From positions 1 to 24,587 of IMG/VR virus record IMGVR_UViG_2724679236_000014: a stretch of DNA of 24,587 nucleotides. One strand, given 5' to 3'. This stretch comes from a virus. Lineage: Duplodnaviria > Heunggongvirae > Uroviricota > Caudoviricetes. The notes below the pieces were generated by a model. That model was not told the origin of the DNA. It worked only from the letters and a program-made list of their open reading frames with translations, and ran no database searches. Each line of letters begins with the position of its first letter. Position 1 is the first letter of the stretch. Positions 9,504 to 17,582 of the stretch are shown piece after piece. Position numbers and translations under genes: made by a program.

Positions 9504-10619
9504 TTAAATCCCGGCTTTTCTGAATGCCTGAGCATCACGCTCACGGAGTTGTCCCAGCGTCAACCATTCACCTTTATCGGTGTAAAATTCATCTGGTGAC
9601 ATACCTCCATCACGAATCAGTTTTGCCCGTGTTTCTCCCACTATTTGTTTTTGCCTGGCATAAGGCTGGCGCAAAAACCATTCCTTGTAAGTCGTATCTC
9701 CGGCTACAACCCCATCCATACTTGCCCTCTCGGCAGGAGAAACATCCCGAACATCAATCCCCAGTTCCTTCGCAGATTTCAGAATAAACGTTTCTGTTGA
9801 ACGGCAGCAGAAATGAATTTTTCCCGGCCCCTGTAAATAAGGTACTTTGTGACCAATAGGTTTATTATCCAGCGTATATTTGAGGCGATCCCTGATTCGA
9901 CACTGTGGTGTAGTACGATTATCAAGTGTGGATAACCATTGTTTGCCCTTTATCAAATCATTGTTTGCCATGGCGAAACTCTCACGGGCAGTAGCGGCAA
10001 GATGCCCAACCGCTGTTTTTGCAATACTGGCCGCATTAACTCGACTCATCTGCAATGCACCATCCTGAAATCCCTTGCTGACATGCCCACGAATTTTTCT
10101 TGCGATCTGCTCATTGGTATCCCCCAGCAAAAAACCCTGACGTACCGTATTTGTAATACGCCTGAGCCGATCTGCTTCAAGGTCTGAGGCCCATTCGTTG
10201 AGTAGTCTTCCCTGAAATGGACGCGCCATTGCAGCGGCATAAAGGGTGTCAGGTGAGATACCAATCAGAGGATGAATATCCGCCACAAAATCAGGAAGCA
10301 AAGAGTCAAACAGACTTAACTGATAGCTAGCCTCATATATCGCCAGCTCGTTTAACTCTCCTGAGAGACGAGCAAACATACTGTTAATAGCAGTGCGGTT
10401 AACTTCCCTCACACTCACCAGAAGTGATTCCAGACGCGTAACGGTGAAACTCCCCGGCCCAAGATTATCCAGAGCCACCAGCAAACGAGCTGTAAGCTCT
10501 GCGTCGCTGTCGTTCAGCGTTTTCACCATTCTGGCCGCTACACCTGTGCTATAGCGAGATATCCAGATAGCATGGGCAATCGATTCATCACGCAGCCGTT
10601 CATTCACTGTTTGCATCAT
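9504..10619 (-). CDS. Head morphogenesis / minor head protein, SPP1 gp7 or Mu F-like (371 aa)
   Basis: Supplied ORF immediately downstream of the portal gene; this size and position are typical of the gp7/F family; contains a TTPQCR motif. Confidence 0.7.
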   Translation of the reverse strand: MMQTVNERLRDESIAHAIWISRYSTGVAARMVKTLNDSDAELTARLLVALDNLGPGSFTVTRLESLLVSVREVNRTAINSMFARLSGELNELAIYEASYQLSLFDSLLPDFVADIHPLIGISPDTLYAAAMARPFQGRLLNEWASDLEADRLRRITNTVRQGFLLGDTNEQIARKIRGHVSKGFQDGALQMSRVNAASIAKTAVGHLAATARESFAMANNDLIKGKQWLSTLDNRTTPQCRIRDRLKYTLDNKPIGHKVPYLQGPGKIHFCCRSTETFILKSAKELGIDVRDVSPAERASMDGVVAGDTTYKEWFLRQPYARQKQIVGETRAKLIRDGGMSPDEFYTDKGEWLTLGQLRERDAQAFRKAGI

Positions 10620-12006
10620 TGATTCCCATCAGCGTTACGCCCTGATTTTTTAATTCATCGATCACTTCCTCTGGGCGGGAGTCCTGATCGATAAATTTCA
10701 ACGCCTGCAACACCCGAACCGCATCAATCTGACGTATATCACCGCCCTGACGCAATGACTGAACAGCCAGCGCGGAGGATGAGTCAAACACCTGGGCAGA
10801 TACATCCAGTTGAGTGCGTACATCCACATTACCGCCACTGCTTTCACCTATCCATTCTGCCATTATCTGGAGGATATTATCGAGAGCATCTTCGAGAGCA
10901 TTTGCCATCGTATAGAGTGGCGAGTTTTCCTGCATCCGTTCTTCATTGGTCTGATCCACAGATTTAGTGGATGTATTTTCAGCCCGAAGAAGTTTAGCGC
11001 CAGCATGACGCATCTGATTTTCCAGTTTCTCCAGAGATGTTTCGCCAGACTCTATCGCGGCACCGCTATGCTCAACATATTCAAGGCCATTTTTTGCCCT
11101 GTCATCAAAAATCGTCGCGGTCGATGCTCCTACCATCAGTTCTTCGTTCCTGTCCAGTCCGTAAGCCACCAGCAATGGAACCCGAGCAACATGCAGAATA
11201 TTGTCCTGCTCACTCTGGCTTTGCCAGTGCTTGATATTCAGCAAACCAAGATTAAGCAATGGCGGTGTACCACGCATAAACCCTGTTTTCTTCGTATACA
11301 GTGTTACCAGAGGAATATCATCACGACTGGTATTCCATGACTCGTGAAGCGTCCAGACAGATTCGCCATTAGTACCTTCACTGCGCCGATAAATTTCAAC
11401 GCGACGGGGCATAATATGGCGGATCTGCTCTACCTTCTTCTGCCCGAAATCATCACCATCAATAATGATGACCTCTTTTATACGCAAATCAGTGAGAACA
11501 ACTTTCCCTTTTTCAACTTTCGATTTCCATCCAATAACCTGGCGTGGATTCAGCATCGTAACGTACGGGCGACCACCGGCCGCGTTTTCATCGGCTTTTG
11601 TCCGAATCTCTTTCATATCCGTTCGTGGATAGTCTACCAGCGCATGCGCCACACCATACTGAAATGCGAGGCTGAAAAATTGCTGCGCCCACATATCCAG
11701 TCGGCTCCCCTCCATGTCGATATTTTCTGCATATTCCCTGATTTTTTCCGGCGTCTCTTCACTCAGCACTGTCGGCTCTGCAAATATGCGCCCAATATTT
11801 TGCTTAATACTTTCTTCATACACAGGAAGTAGCGTAGCCACAGACAAGCGTTTTTTATATGTGTCTTCATCTTCATTAGGCCATTTAGGGAGATAATTTT
11901 CCCCCTGCCTGCGCATTTCAAGCGTGCCACCCATCAGTGCGTCGTTAATATCCCACGCCTCCAGCATATCGTTATAGTCGAGGTTGGGTGTTGATATATC
12001 AGCCAT
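10600..12006 (-). CDS. Portal protein (468 aa)
   Basis: Supplied ORF directly downstream of the large terminase gene (stop to start gap of 2 nt); size and acidic C-terminus typical of portals. Confidence 0.75.
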   Translation of the reverse strand: MADISTPNLDYNDMLEAWDINDALMGGTLEMRRQGENYLPKWPNEDEDTYKKRLSVATLLPVYEESIKQNIGRIFAEPTVLSEETPEKIREYAENIDMEGSRLDMWAQQFFSLAFQYGVAHALVDYPRTDMKEIRTKADENAAGGRPYVTMLNPRQVIGWKSKVEKGKVVLTDLRIKEVIIIDGDDFGQKKVEQIRHIMPRRVEIYRRSEGTNGESVWTLHESWNTSRDDIPLVTLYTKKTGFMRGTPPLLNLGLLNIKHWQSQSEQDNILHVARVPLLVAYGLDRNEELMVGASTATIFDDRAKNGLEYVEHSGAAIESGETSLEKLENQMRHAGAKLLRAENTSTKSVDQTNEERMQENSPLYTMANALEDALDNILQIMAEWIGESSGGNVDVRTQLDVSAQVFDSSSALAVQSLRQGGDIRQIDAVRVLQALKFIDQDSRPEEVIDELKNQGVTLMGINDANSE

Positions 12007-12008
12007 AA

Positions 12009-14324
12009 TTAAATCCGAAGTGATGTAACTCTTCCGGTCGGTTTGACAATAGGGAATTGCTTAACAATAAAATAACCTCCGGCATCATTCGGGTGATCGT
12101 TGCCAGATTTTTTATCAGGCTCACCCTTGTCATCCCAGACCTGTTGCTCCAGAGATTCGGCATATACCGGACAACGCTTCACATTAACTTTATAGCGACG
12201 CTCACCATTGGCATTGCAGAACATTGCATTCATTGAGTTAACGCGATCTTTTACTGGCGGATTCGAACTGTTTACAACAACGTTAAAACCAGCCTGTTTA
12301 AGTTGAGCAATATCCGTCGCACTTGCGTTATTTGATTTTCTGGAATCCCCGGATGCATCAGGATAAATATAAATTTCCCTTACTTTCCGATAATCATTCC
12401 CGTCATATAACCAGAAGCGCTCTTTAATAATACGGATCATATCTGGTGTATCGTAAGCGTTAATGATTTCAGTTACTGCACATGGAAGCCCAAAACGTAA
12501 CACATGAACGACTCCAGCCATTTTTCCGACGTTAAAATCCATCCCGATATATATCGGCTCACCTGGCTGTTCCTCTTCTTCGCAATTATTCAGTTTTCGG
12601 TCAAACTGATGGTAAACAGTACCACTTGTCAGGTTAGTAAACTGTCCTCGAAGATAGGCTTTAATCAGCTCTGGAGGATATGACTCAAGGAGCGAGGGAA
12701 TGTAATCTGCTGGCAAATTCTTTTCATTATCGAAAGTAGATGCCTGTACCAGACCATACAGTGAGACCAGCTCTGTTTTTTCACGTACGGCTTTAACAAA
12801 CTGCTCGTAGACAAATTTGAATCCTTCCGGCGTGGTTGTAACGTCAATACCGTTGCGAAGTCCATCAACCTTATAACGCATACGCGCAATTATCTTGCGC
12901 CACGCTGTTCTGGCTTTTTCCTTCGGCAAAATGTCCAGTTCATCCACCAGCGCATTACCAATTTTGAAACCGACGATCGTTTGCGGCTTCTCCATCGATC
13001 TGCAGATAGTGGTTCCCCGATACTGACGTCCGTAATAAAAATGAACTTCTTTATTTCCCTCGTTAATTTTTACATTTAGCCCCCAGTCGGCAGCAACTTC
13101 TTCAACTGTGGGATAAAAAATATCGCGAATTTGTGGATATGTAGGCGCAAAATATCCCTGATTGATACCCGGATGCTCCCAAATCCCCTTACATATGCCA
13201 CCACACCCAACCCATGTTTTACCGCTATTGTGATGAATCGTCCCATCAGCAGTTACGTAGCAGTTATTATCCAATACCTGGAGGTCATAATATGGCTCGG
13301 CCTCCTGCAACAGTGTTACACTCAATATGTTGCAGGTTTCGATTAAGGAGTTTGGTTTTGACGCCTCTTGACCATTTAATTTGTGATTTAGCACATCCAG
13401 AACGTACCGTTTCAGAAGTTGCTTCTCTGGCAGGTTGTGACCGCAGTCATGTTTATCGTTGCATATCTCGTTATGGGTTAACGCTGAAACAACGCCAGAA
13501 GCCTGTCCCTCGAGAAAATGCGAAGGACAGAATCCTCGCTCTTGCTGATGGTCACCGTACGTCGGCAGAGATCGCGGCGGAAGTTGGTTGCACAGAAAAG
13601 CACGTTCAAAATATTCTCCGAATTCACAACGCCAACCGGCTCCCCCGTGGCGCCAGAAAGGGTGAGTTGAACCCCAGCTTTCGTGGTGGTCGAATTGTTG
13701 ATCTGGATGGATATGCCGTTGTTCCAGCGCCTGCTGACCATCCATATATGCGCAGAACAGGCATGATGTTTGAACATCGTTTGATCGCTGAAAAGAAGCT
13801 GGGGCGTTATCTGCTGCCATCAGAAGTTGTTGACCATATCGACGGGCTTCATCTGCATAACACCCCAAGTAATCTGCGAGTTTTTGATTCAAACGTGGAT
13901 CACCTGCGTGCAACGATTTCGGGACGGCGGCCAAACTGGTCAGAAGAAGGTTTTGCGAAGATGCAAATACCTTCACCGATTCGTCCAGACTATCCACAGA
14001 TCGATAGCTACCGTCAGCGCAAAAAACGCGGTGATGTCCGCTTGCTACAAATTCTCCTCGCTGCGTCACTACTCGGTATAGATTCGCCACACCTTTTGGG
14101 TACGCACCACCACTTAGCGAAAGCTCAAATCGATTATTCTCATCCGACCAAGATAAAACGCGCATTGGTCGAGTTATTTCCTGAATGGGTAGAATCCCAT
14201 TCTCTGTAACCACAGGCGTACTTCCCCTCAGGCAACCAAAACCAGCAACATAGGCTTTAAATTTATGATGCATAGAAAGAAATCGCGCCTGAGGCACATT
14301 AAGCGTCGGAGAGATCATCTTCAT
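12009..14324 (-). CDS. Terminase large subunit interrupted by an in-frame intein in the Walker A P-loop; predicted spliced product about 435 aa
   Basis: Exteins join as ...KAYVAGFG + SGKTW..., giving the Walker A motif AGFGSGKT; Walker B-like ALVDELD and nuclease-type IYIGMDFN and YPDASG motifs lie in the C-extein. Start is uncertain (ATG at 14324, 14318 or 14345); the supplied ORF's further N-terminal extension to 14756 overlaps terS in another frame and is not taken as coding. Confidence 0.85.
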   Translation of the reverse strand: MKMISPTLNVPQARFLSMHHKFKAYVAGFGCLRGSTPVVTENGILPIQEITRPMRVLSWSDENNRFELSLSGGAYPKGVANLYRVVTQRGEFVASGHHRVFCADGSYRSVDSLDESVKVFASSQNLLLTSLAAVPKSLHAGDPRLNQKLADYLGCYADEARRYGQQLLMAADNAPASFQRSNDVQTSCLFCAYMDGQQALEQRHIHPDQQFDHHESWGSTHPFWRHGGAGWRCEFGEYFERAFLCNQLPPRSLPTYGDHQQERGFCPSHFLEGQASGVVSALTHNEICNDKHDCGHNLPEKQLLKRYVLDVLNHKLNGQEASKPNSLIETCNILSVTLLQEAEPYYDLQVLDNNCYVTADGTIHHNSGKTWVGCGGICKGIWEHPGINQGYFAPTYPQIRDIFYPTVEEVAADWGLNVKINEGNKEVHFYYGRQYRGTTICRSMEKPQTIVGFKIGNALVDELDILPKEKARTAWRKIIARMRYKVDGLRNGIDVTTTPEGFKFVYEQFVKAVREKTELVSLYGLVQASTFDNEKNLPADYIPSLLESYPPELIKAYLRGQFTNLTSGTVYHQFDRKLNNCEEEEQPGEPIYIGMDFNVGKMAGVVHVLRFGLPCAVTEIINAYDTPDMIRIIKERFWLYDGNDYRKVREIYIYPDASGDSRKSNNASATDIAQLKQAGFNVVVNSSNPPVKDRVNSMNAMFCNANGERRYKVNVKRCPVYAESLEQQVWDDKGEPDKKSGNDHPNDAGGYFIVKQFPIVKPTGRVTSLRI
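13227..14234 (-). mobile_element. Intein (336 codons) inserted in the TerL P-loop
   Basis: Block A-like CLRGSTPVVTENG starts with Cys at 14234..14232; block B-like SGHHRVF; C-terminal blocks YYDLQVLDNNCYVTADGTIHHN end with His-Asn (Asn codon 13229..13227) and are followed by Ser(+1). Codons were checked against the plus-strand sequence. Confidence 0.8.
13358..14209 (+). CDS. HTH-HNH homing-endonuclease-like ORF encoded antisense inside the intein (TTG start, about 283 aa)
   Basis: Plus-strand translation contains HNH_3-like EHRLIAEKKLGRYLLPSEVVDHIDGLHLHNTPSNLRVFDSNVDH and two HTH-like segments; TAAGGAG (13344-13350) lies 7 nt upstream of an in-frame TTG at 13358. The C-terminal ~95 codons overlap the intein N-terminal blocks on the other strand and look like non-coding read-through. 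Confidence 0.55.
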   Translation: MTPLDHLICDLAHPERTVSEVASLAGCDRSHVYRCISRYGLTLKQRQKPVPRENAKDRILALADGHRTSAEIAAEVGCTEKHVQNILRIHNANRLPRGARKGELNPSFRGGRIVDLDGYAVVPAPADHPYMRRTGMMFEHRLIAEKKLGRYLLPSEVVDHIDGLHLHNTPSNLRVFDSNVDHLRATISGRRPNWSEEGFAKMQIPSPIRPDYPQIDSYRQRKKRGDVRLLQILLAASLLGIDSPHLLGTHHHLAKAQIDYSHPTKIKRALVELFPEWVESHSL

Positions 14325-15393
14325 CACACCTAACTCTGGCATCAACCACATTAATATTGATCGCCACAGGCTGGGGATGTTCATTACCCTCCACCGTTTC
14401 GATCTCTTTGCGCAGTTTCTGGTTTTCCATTCTGCGCCGTTCAATTTCCAGTTCCTGTAGTCGCTTATCTGCACATAATGCCCCGCCAGCGGAAAGCAAA
14501 CGCAATAATTCACGCCGGGCGGCAGCTTTATTCTCCAGCAGGATCTCAACGCCGAATTTTCCGAGCTTTGCTCCTGCATACAATTGCCGCGCATTTCCAT
14601 CAAGCAAAGTGGTATCAGCCATATAAAGCTGACCTGTACCTTCTCCACCGCATTTCGGACAGTCTGGATTTGGTATGGCGCTATCAACGAAACCGAGGCC
14701 ACCATATTCAGGTTCTGGTTTACCATCTTTGGATGCCTGCGCGGCAGCCCTGTCAAATTCTGCTATATCGCGCCACTGATAGAGGTGATTCTCCCCCCAG
14801 CAATAGCGACAGTTAACACGGCGAAATTGCGCAAGCTGATTGGGATCAGCCTGCACGATGGCCATCAACTGACTCACCAGTAAATCCAGGTCTGCGGTAT
14901 AGCGTTTCTGGTAATGATTGCGAAAGTAGCTGATGGCACGAAAAACCCTAGCATTTCTAAGCATACGACTGGCATTGCTGTTTGCTGTCGCACCTTGCCC
15001 CTCGTAACCAGCCAGGCGGTATGCCTCTGTCGGCTTTTTCCCCTGAGCAACCAACATGGCGAATTTTGCCTGCTGGTCAGAAATACCGAATTCATCGGGG
15101 CAAAACGAAATTTCTTCCGTGTCCCCCTCAATCAGGAGTGCATCGGATACAGCCTTTTTTTTCTGAGATTTTCCGTTTTGCTTTTGCGCAGTCTGCGCAG
15201 TTTTTTTTCGCGCACTTTTTTGCGCAGTTTTGCGCACTTCTGTCTGCGCATTTTTCGGAGGTTTCTTGATGTAACGACGGGCTGTTGCGTAATTCAGTCC
15301 CTTTGCTTCACACCACGCCACCGGAGATACACCGGAGCGGGTGTATTCAGCAATATATTCCTGCTGCAACGCCCCCCAGTCCGGTCTGCTCAT
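14299..15393 (-). CDS. Terminase small subunit-like protein (364 aa): N-terminal HTH, Lys/Arg-rich repeat linker, C-terminal CxxC...CxxC zinc ribbon
   Basis: Supplied ORF immediately upstream of and overlapping terL; N-terminus (EYIAEYTRSGVSPVAWCEAKGLNYATARRYI) resembles TerS DNA-binding domains; CRYC and CPKC pairs. Confidence 0.6.
   Translation of the reverse strand: MSRPDWGALQQEYIAEYTRSGVSPVAWCEAKGLNYATARRYIKKPPKNAQTEVRKTAQKSARKKTAQTAQKQNGKSQKKKAVSDALLIEGDTEEISFCPDEFGISDQQAKFAMLVAQGKKPTEAYRLAGYEGQGATANSNASRMLRNARVFRAISYFRNHYQKRYTADLDLLVSQLMAIVQADPNQLAQFRRVNCRYCWGENHLYQWRDIAEFDRAAAQASKDGKPEPEYGGLGFVDSAIPNPDCPKCGGEGTGQLYMADTTLLDGNARQLYAGAKLGKFGVEILLENKAAARRELLRLLSAGGALCADKRLQELEIERRRMENQKLRKEIETVEGNEHPQPVAININVVDARVRCDEDDLSDA
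15185..15250. repeat. Array of six (T/C)GCGCA palindromic hexamers separated by T-tracts, inside terS
   Basis: Hexamers start at 15185, 15194, 15209 (cgcgca), 15221, 15231 and 15245, spaced 9-15 bp apart with intervening T runs. Confidence 0.6.
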
Positions 15394-15396
15394 CAG

Positions 15397-15648
15397 TTAG
15401 TCCTGATTTTTATCCACCCTGAGTAATGCACGCAGAGCAAAGGCATCCCCTTTTCTGGCAAGCTTAAACAATGCCGCCCGTAGCTCGGCTTCACCTTTCG
15501 CTCTGCCCTTACGGATGGACGCATAAAAATTTGTCATTGTTTCCCGATTTTCTTTCAGTCTGTTCAGATCAACATCCAGAACGTCAGCGATTTGTTGTGC
15601 AGTCATCCGGCATGCTGCCAGAGACTCGACTTTCGAATACGGAATCAT
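15397..15648 (-). CDS. Small HTH-containing protein (83 aa), possibly packaging-associated or regulatory
   Basis: Supplied ORF ending 3 nt before the terS start; TAQQIADVLDVDLNRL resembles a helix-turn-helix. Confidence 0.4.
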   Translation of the reverse strand: MIPYSKVESLAACRMTAQQIADVLDVDLNRLKENRETMTNFYASIRKGRAKGEAELRAALFKLARKGDAFALRALLRVDKNQD

Positions 15649-16516
15649 TTATCACCCCCATTGATATGCAGGGTGTCTTCTTCCTGTATTTTTCGTGAAG
15701 GATTTTTACTGCAGCGTTGTTCCAGGTGACCTGATGGTGAATGCGTTTATGGCTGGCGCCCATCAGTGAGATTTTTACGCACGACGGCGCATACATGACG
15801 GAGTAAAAACTTTTAACGTAGGTACCGGAATCCAGATACAGTTCGGTCATTCCGCCGCTGTTTTTCTGCGTTTGCTTCTGCCCTAACTGGACAGCGCCAA
15901 TCGTCAAAAACAATTCACCACGACGACCGAGATTCGTGTATGTATTCACATCCTCGTTAATACGCCCCATAAATGAGAATGGTCGGTCAACAGAACAAAT
16001 AAAGCTGTTCATTGCTTTGCGTTTCACCCATGCAGCATGACCACCATTATCACCAAGAAAGTCTCCCCCCTGCGCCATAGCGATGGAAAGCGCAGGAATT
16101 GATTCGTAATACGCCAGCATTTCAGAAAGGATCGCGTCCAGTTTCCTTATCGGAAAATAAGCCTGGTCATAGTTGCGATCTACCCGAAACTGAAACTCGT
16201 GATAGTCGTCATCAAGCTGGATGTAGTATTTACACCCAACCTTTTTTGCCAGGCCCAAACAGGCATTCCTAGCATAAAAGATTGAACGTCGATCGCCAAA
16301 GTTGTCGGCTTCGTCAAAACGACTGGCGATATCGGCTTTGGAAAACACCAGCACCTGCTCACCAAATTCTGCTACGTACTGATGCTGGGTTTTATCTTCA
16401 TCATCAACAACGATAAAAATTTTCCCGGTATAGCCAGCACGACGCAACGTCCGGTAAGTCAGAACTTTGTCCGGTCGCCCGTGAGTCAGAATAAAGGCGC
16501 AAAAATCATCACGCAT
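15584..16516 (-). CDS. GT-A fold (family 2-like) glycosyltransferase-like protein with no obvious membrane segment (about 310 aa from ATG 16516)
   Basis: N-terminal FILTHGRPDKV...IFIVVDDEDK resembles the GT2 signature (hhhPTYNR...IVVDDGS); a DDD (DxD-like) motif sits in YIQLDDDYHEF. The ATG at 16516 follows GAGGAGGAG and the ParB-like stop (TAATATG). Confidence 0.45.
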   Translation of the reverse strand: MRDDFCAFILTHGRPDKVLTYRTLRRAGYTGKIFIVVDDEDKTQHQYVAEFGEQVLVFSKADIASRFDEADNFGDRRSIFYARNACLGLAKKVGCKYYIQLDDDYHEFQFRVDRNYDQAYFPIRKLDAILSEMLAYYESIPALSIAMAQGGDFLGDNGGHAAWVKRKAMNSFICSVDRPFSFMGRINEDVNTYTNLGRRGELFLTIGAVQLGQKQTQKNSGGMTELYLDSGTYVKSFYSVMYAPSCVKISLMGASHKRIHHQVTWNNAAVKILHEKYRKKTPCISMGVINDSVFESRVSGSMPDDCTTNR

Positions 16517-16517
16517 A

Positions 16518-17297
16518 TTACTCCTCCTCGCCATGCATGATCTCCACCATGCGCTGCGTCATCCTGACAAACCCATTTTCAATTGCCTGCTGATAATCAA
16601 TGATCACCAGAGCCGATTCCTCAAAAAGGCTCTGAATTTCAGCGGGGGCGTGAGCGTAATAGTCCGCGATTCTGCTGAAATTAAACACCGTGTGACGTTC
16701 TGCCGCGCACAGAAGGAATTTCTCAATATCAGGATCAAGGGACACCGAACGTATCCGGCTGATCAGCTCCTGAGTTTTCGTATCGTCGTACAGTTCACAG
16801 ATATCCGGTTTATCGCCTGACGGCTCATAAACAGGCGTATCAATTTTCGTCGTATACGGCTCCTCCTCATTTCCTGTACCAGGCAAAATATCCGTCAACA
16901 GTTCATCAATTTCTGTCGGGCTGAAGCCTGTCAGGGAGACATCAAAATCAGCATTAATTAGGTCCGACAGCTCCATCCGTAACAGATCTTCATCCCAGCC
17001 AGCATTCATCGGCAGGCGATTATCTGCCAGACGGTACGCCTTTTTCTGATCATCCGTCAGACCAGACAGAACGATGACCGGAACGAAATCCATTTTGAGC
17101 ACTTCAGCCGCCATAACGCGACCGTGACCCGCAATAACTTCGCCTTTTTCATCAATCAGCACCGGATTAGTCCAGCCAAATTGCTTAATGCTTTCTACCA
17201 GTTGCGTCACCTGCTCAGGGCTGTGTGTCCTGGCATTGTGTGCATACGGAGACAGTTCTTGTAACGGGCGATAGACGATCTTCAATTTCTCGCTCAT
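16518..17297 (-). CDS. ParB-like nuclease domain protein (259 aa)
   Basis: N-terminal ParB/Srx-type motifs: YAHNARTH and GHGRVMAA (GxxRxxA box); acidic C-terminus; GAGG RBS upstream of the ATG. Confidence 0.75.
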   Translation of the reverse strand: MSEKLKIVYRPLQELSPYAHNARTHSPEQVTQLVESIKQFGWTNPVLIDEKGEVIAGHGRVMAAEVLKMDFVPVIVLSGLTDDQKKAYRLADNRLPMNAGWDEDLLRMELSDLINADFDVSLTGFSPTEIDELLTDILPGTGNEEEPYTTKIDTPVYEPSGDKPDICELYDDTKTQELISRIRSVSLDPDIEKFLLCAAERHTVFNFSRIADYYAHAPAEIQSLFEESALVIIDYQQAIENGFVRMTQRMVEIMHGEEE

Positions 17298-17582
17298 ACA
17301 GCCTCGCTTTATTAATAAAAAAGCCCGCTATCGGCCAGTGCGCAGGGTGCGCGGCGGGTGCAGATAACGAGCTTTGACATTATCGAAGCCCCCTATCAAA
17401 GGAGCTTCTGTAATGTCAGTCCAGAACGAACGTAACCTTTGTATTTGTCGCTCGCCGTACAAGACGCGCTGCTTCGCGTTGCATTTCATCGATAACTTTT
17501 GGCGTCATCGGCTAATGCGCATGTTTACATTCAATCACTGCAAAAAATCCCGTTCATCGTTTCGCTGTCTGGTGGGATAACT

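Noticed and set aside
13214-13357. First 48 codons of the supplied plus-strand 331-aa ORF (MFYRYCDESS...)
   Set aside because: There is no RBS at the annotated ATG and the sequence is antisense to the intein C-terminal splicing blocks; the strong SD plus TTG at 13344-13360 is a more credible start for the HNH gene.
14010-14130. LAGLIDADG-like endonuclease motif in the intein interior (around KLADYLGCYADE)
   Set aside because: The match to the LAGLIDADG consensus is poor and there is no second copy; the interior looks compositionally non-coding, while the opposite strand carries a convincing HNH motif.
14325-14756. N-terminal 144 codons of the supplied 915-aa ORF, upstream of the proposed terL start
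   Set aside because: This stretch overlaps the terS coding region in a different frame and translates to Trp/Cys/Arg-rich sequence with no RBS; the terminase homology begins only about 30 residues before the P-loop. Treated as a chance open frame.
15185-15250. TGCGCA repeat array considered as a CRISPR-like array or tandem duplication
   Set aside because: The repeats are only 6 bp with irregular 3-9 bp spacers and lie inside a coding region, which is incompatible with CRISPR architecture. Kept as a candidate protein-binding or pac element.
17374-17580. 68-aa plus-strand ORF in the gap between the Rz1-like and ParB-like genes
   Set aside because: No Shine-Dalgarno, Cys/Arg/Phe-rich composition, and opposite in orientation to all flanking genes. 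More likely non-coding; the interval is reported as a finding instead.
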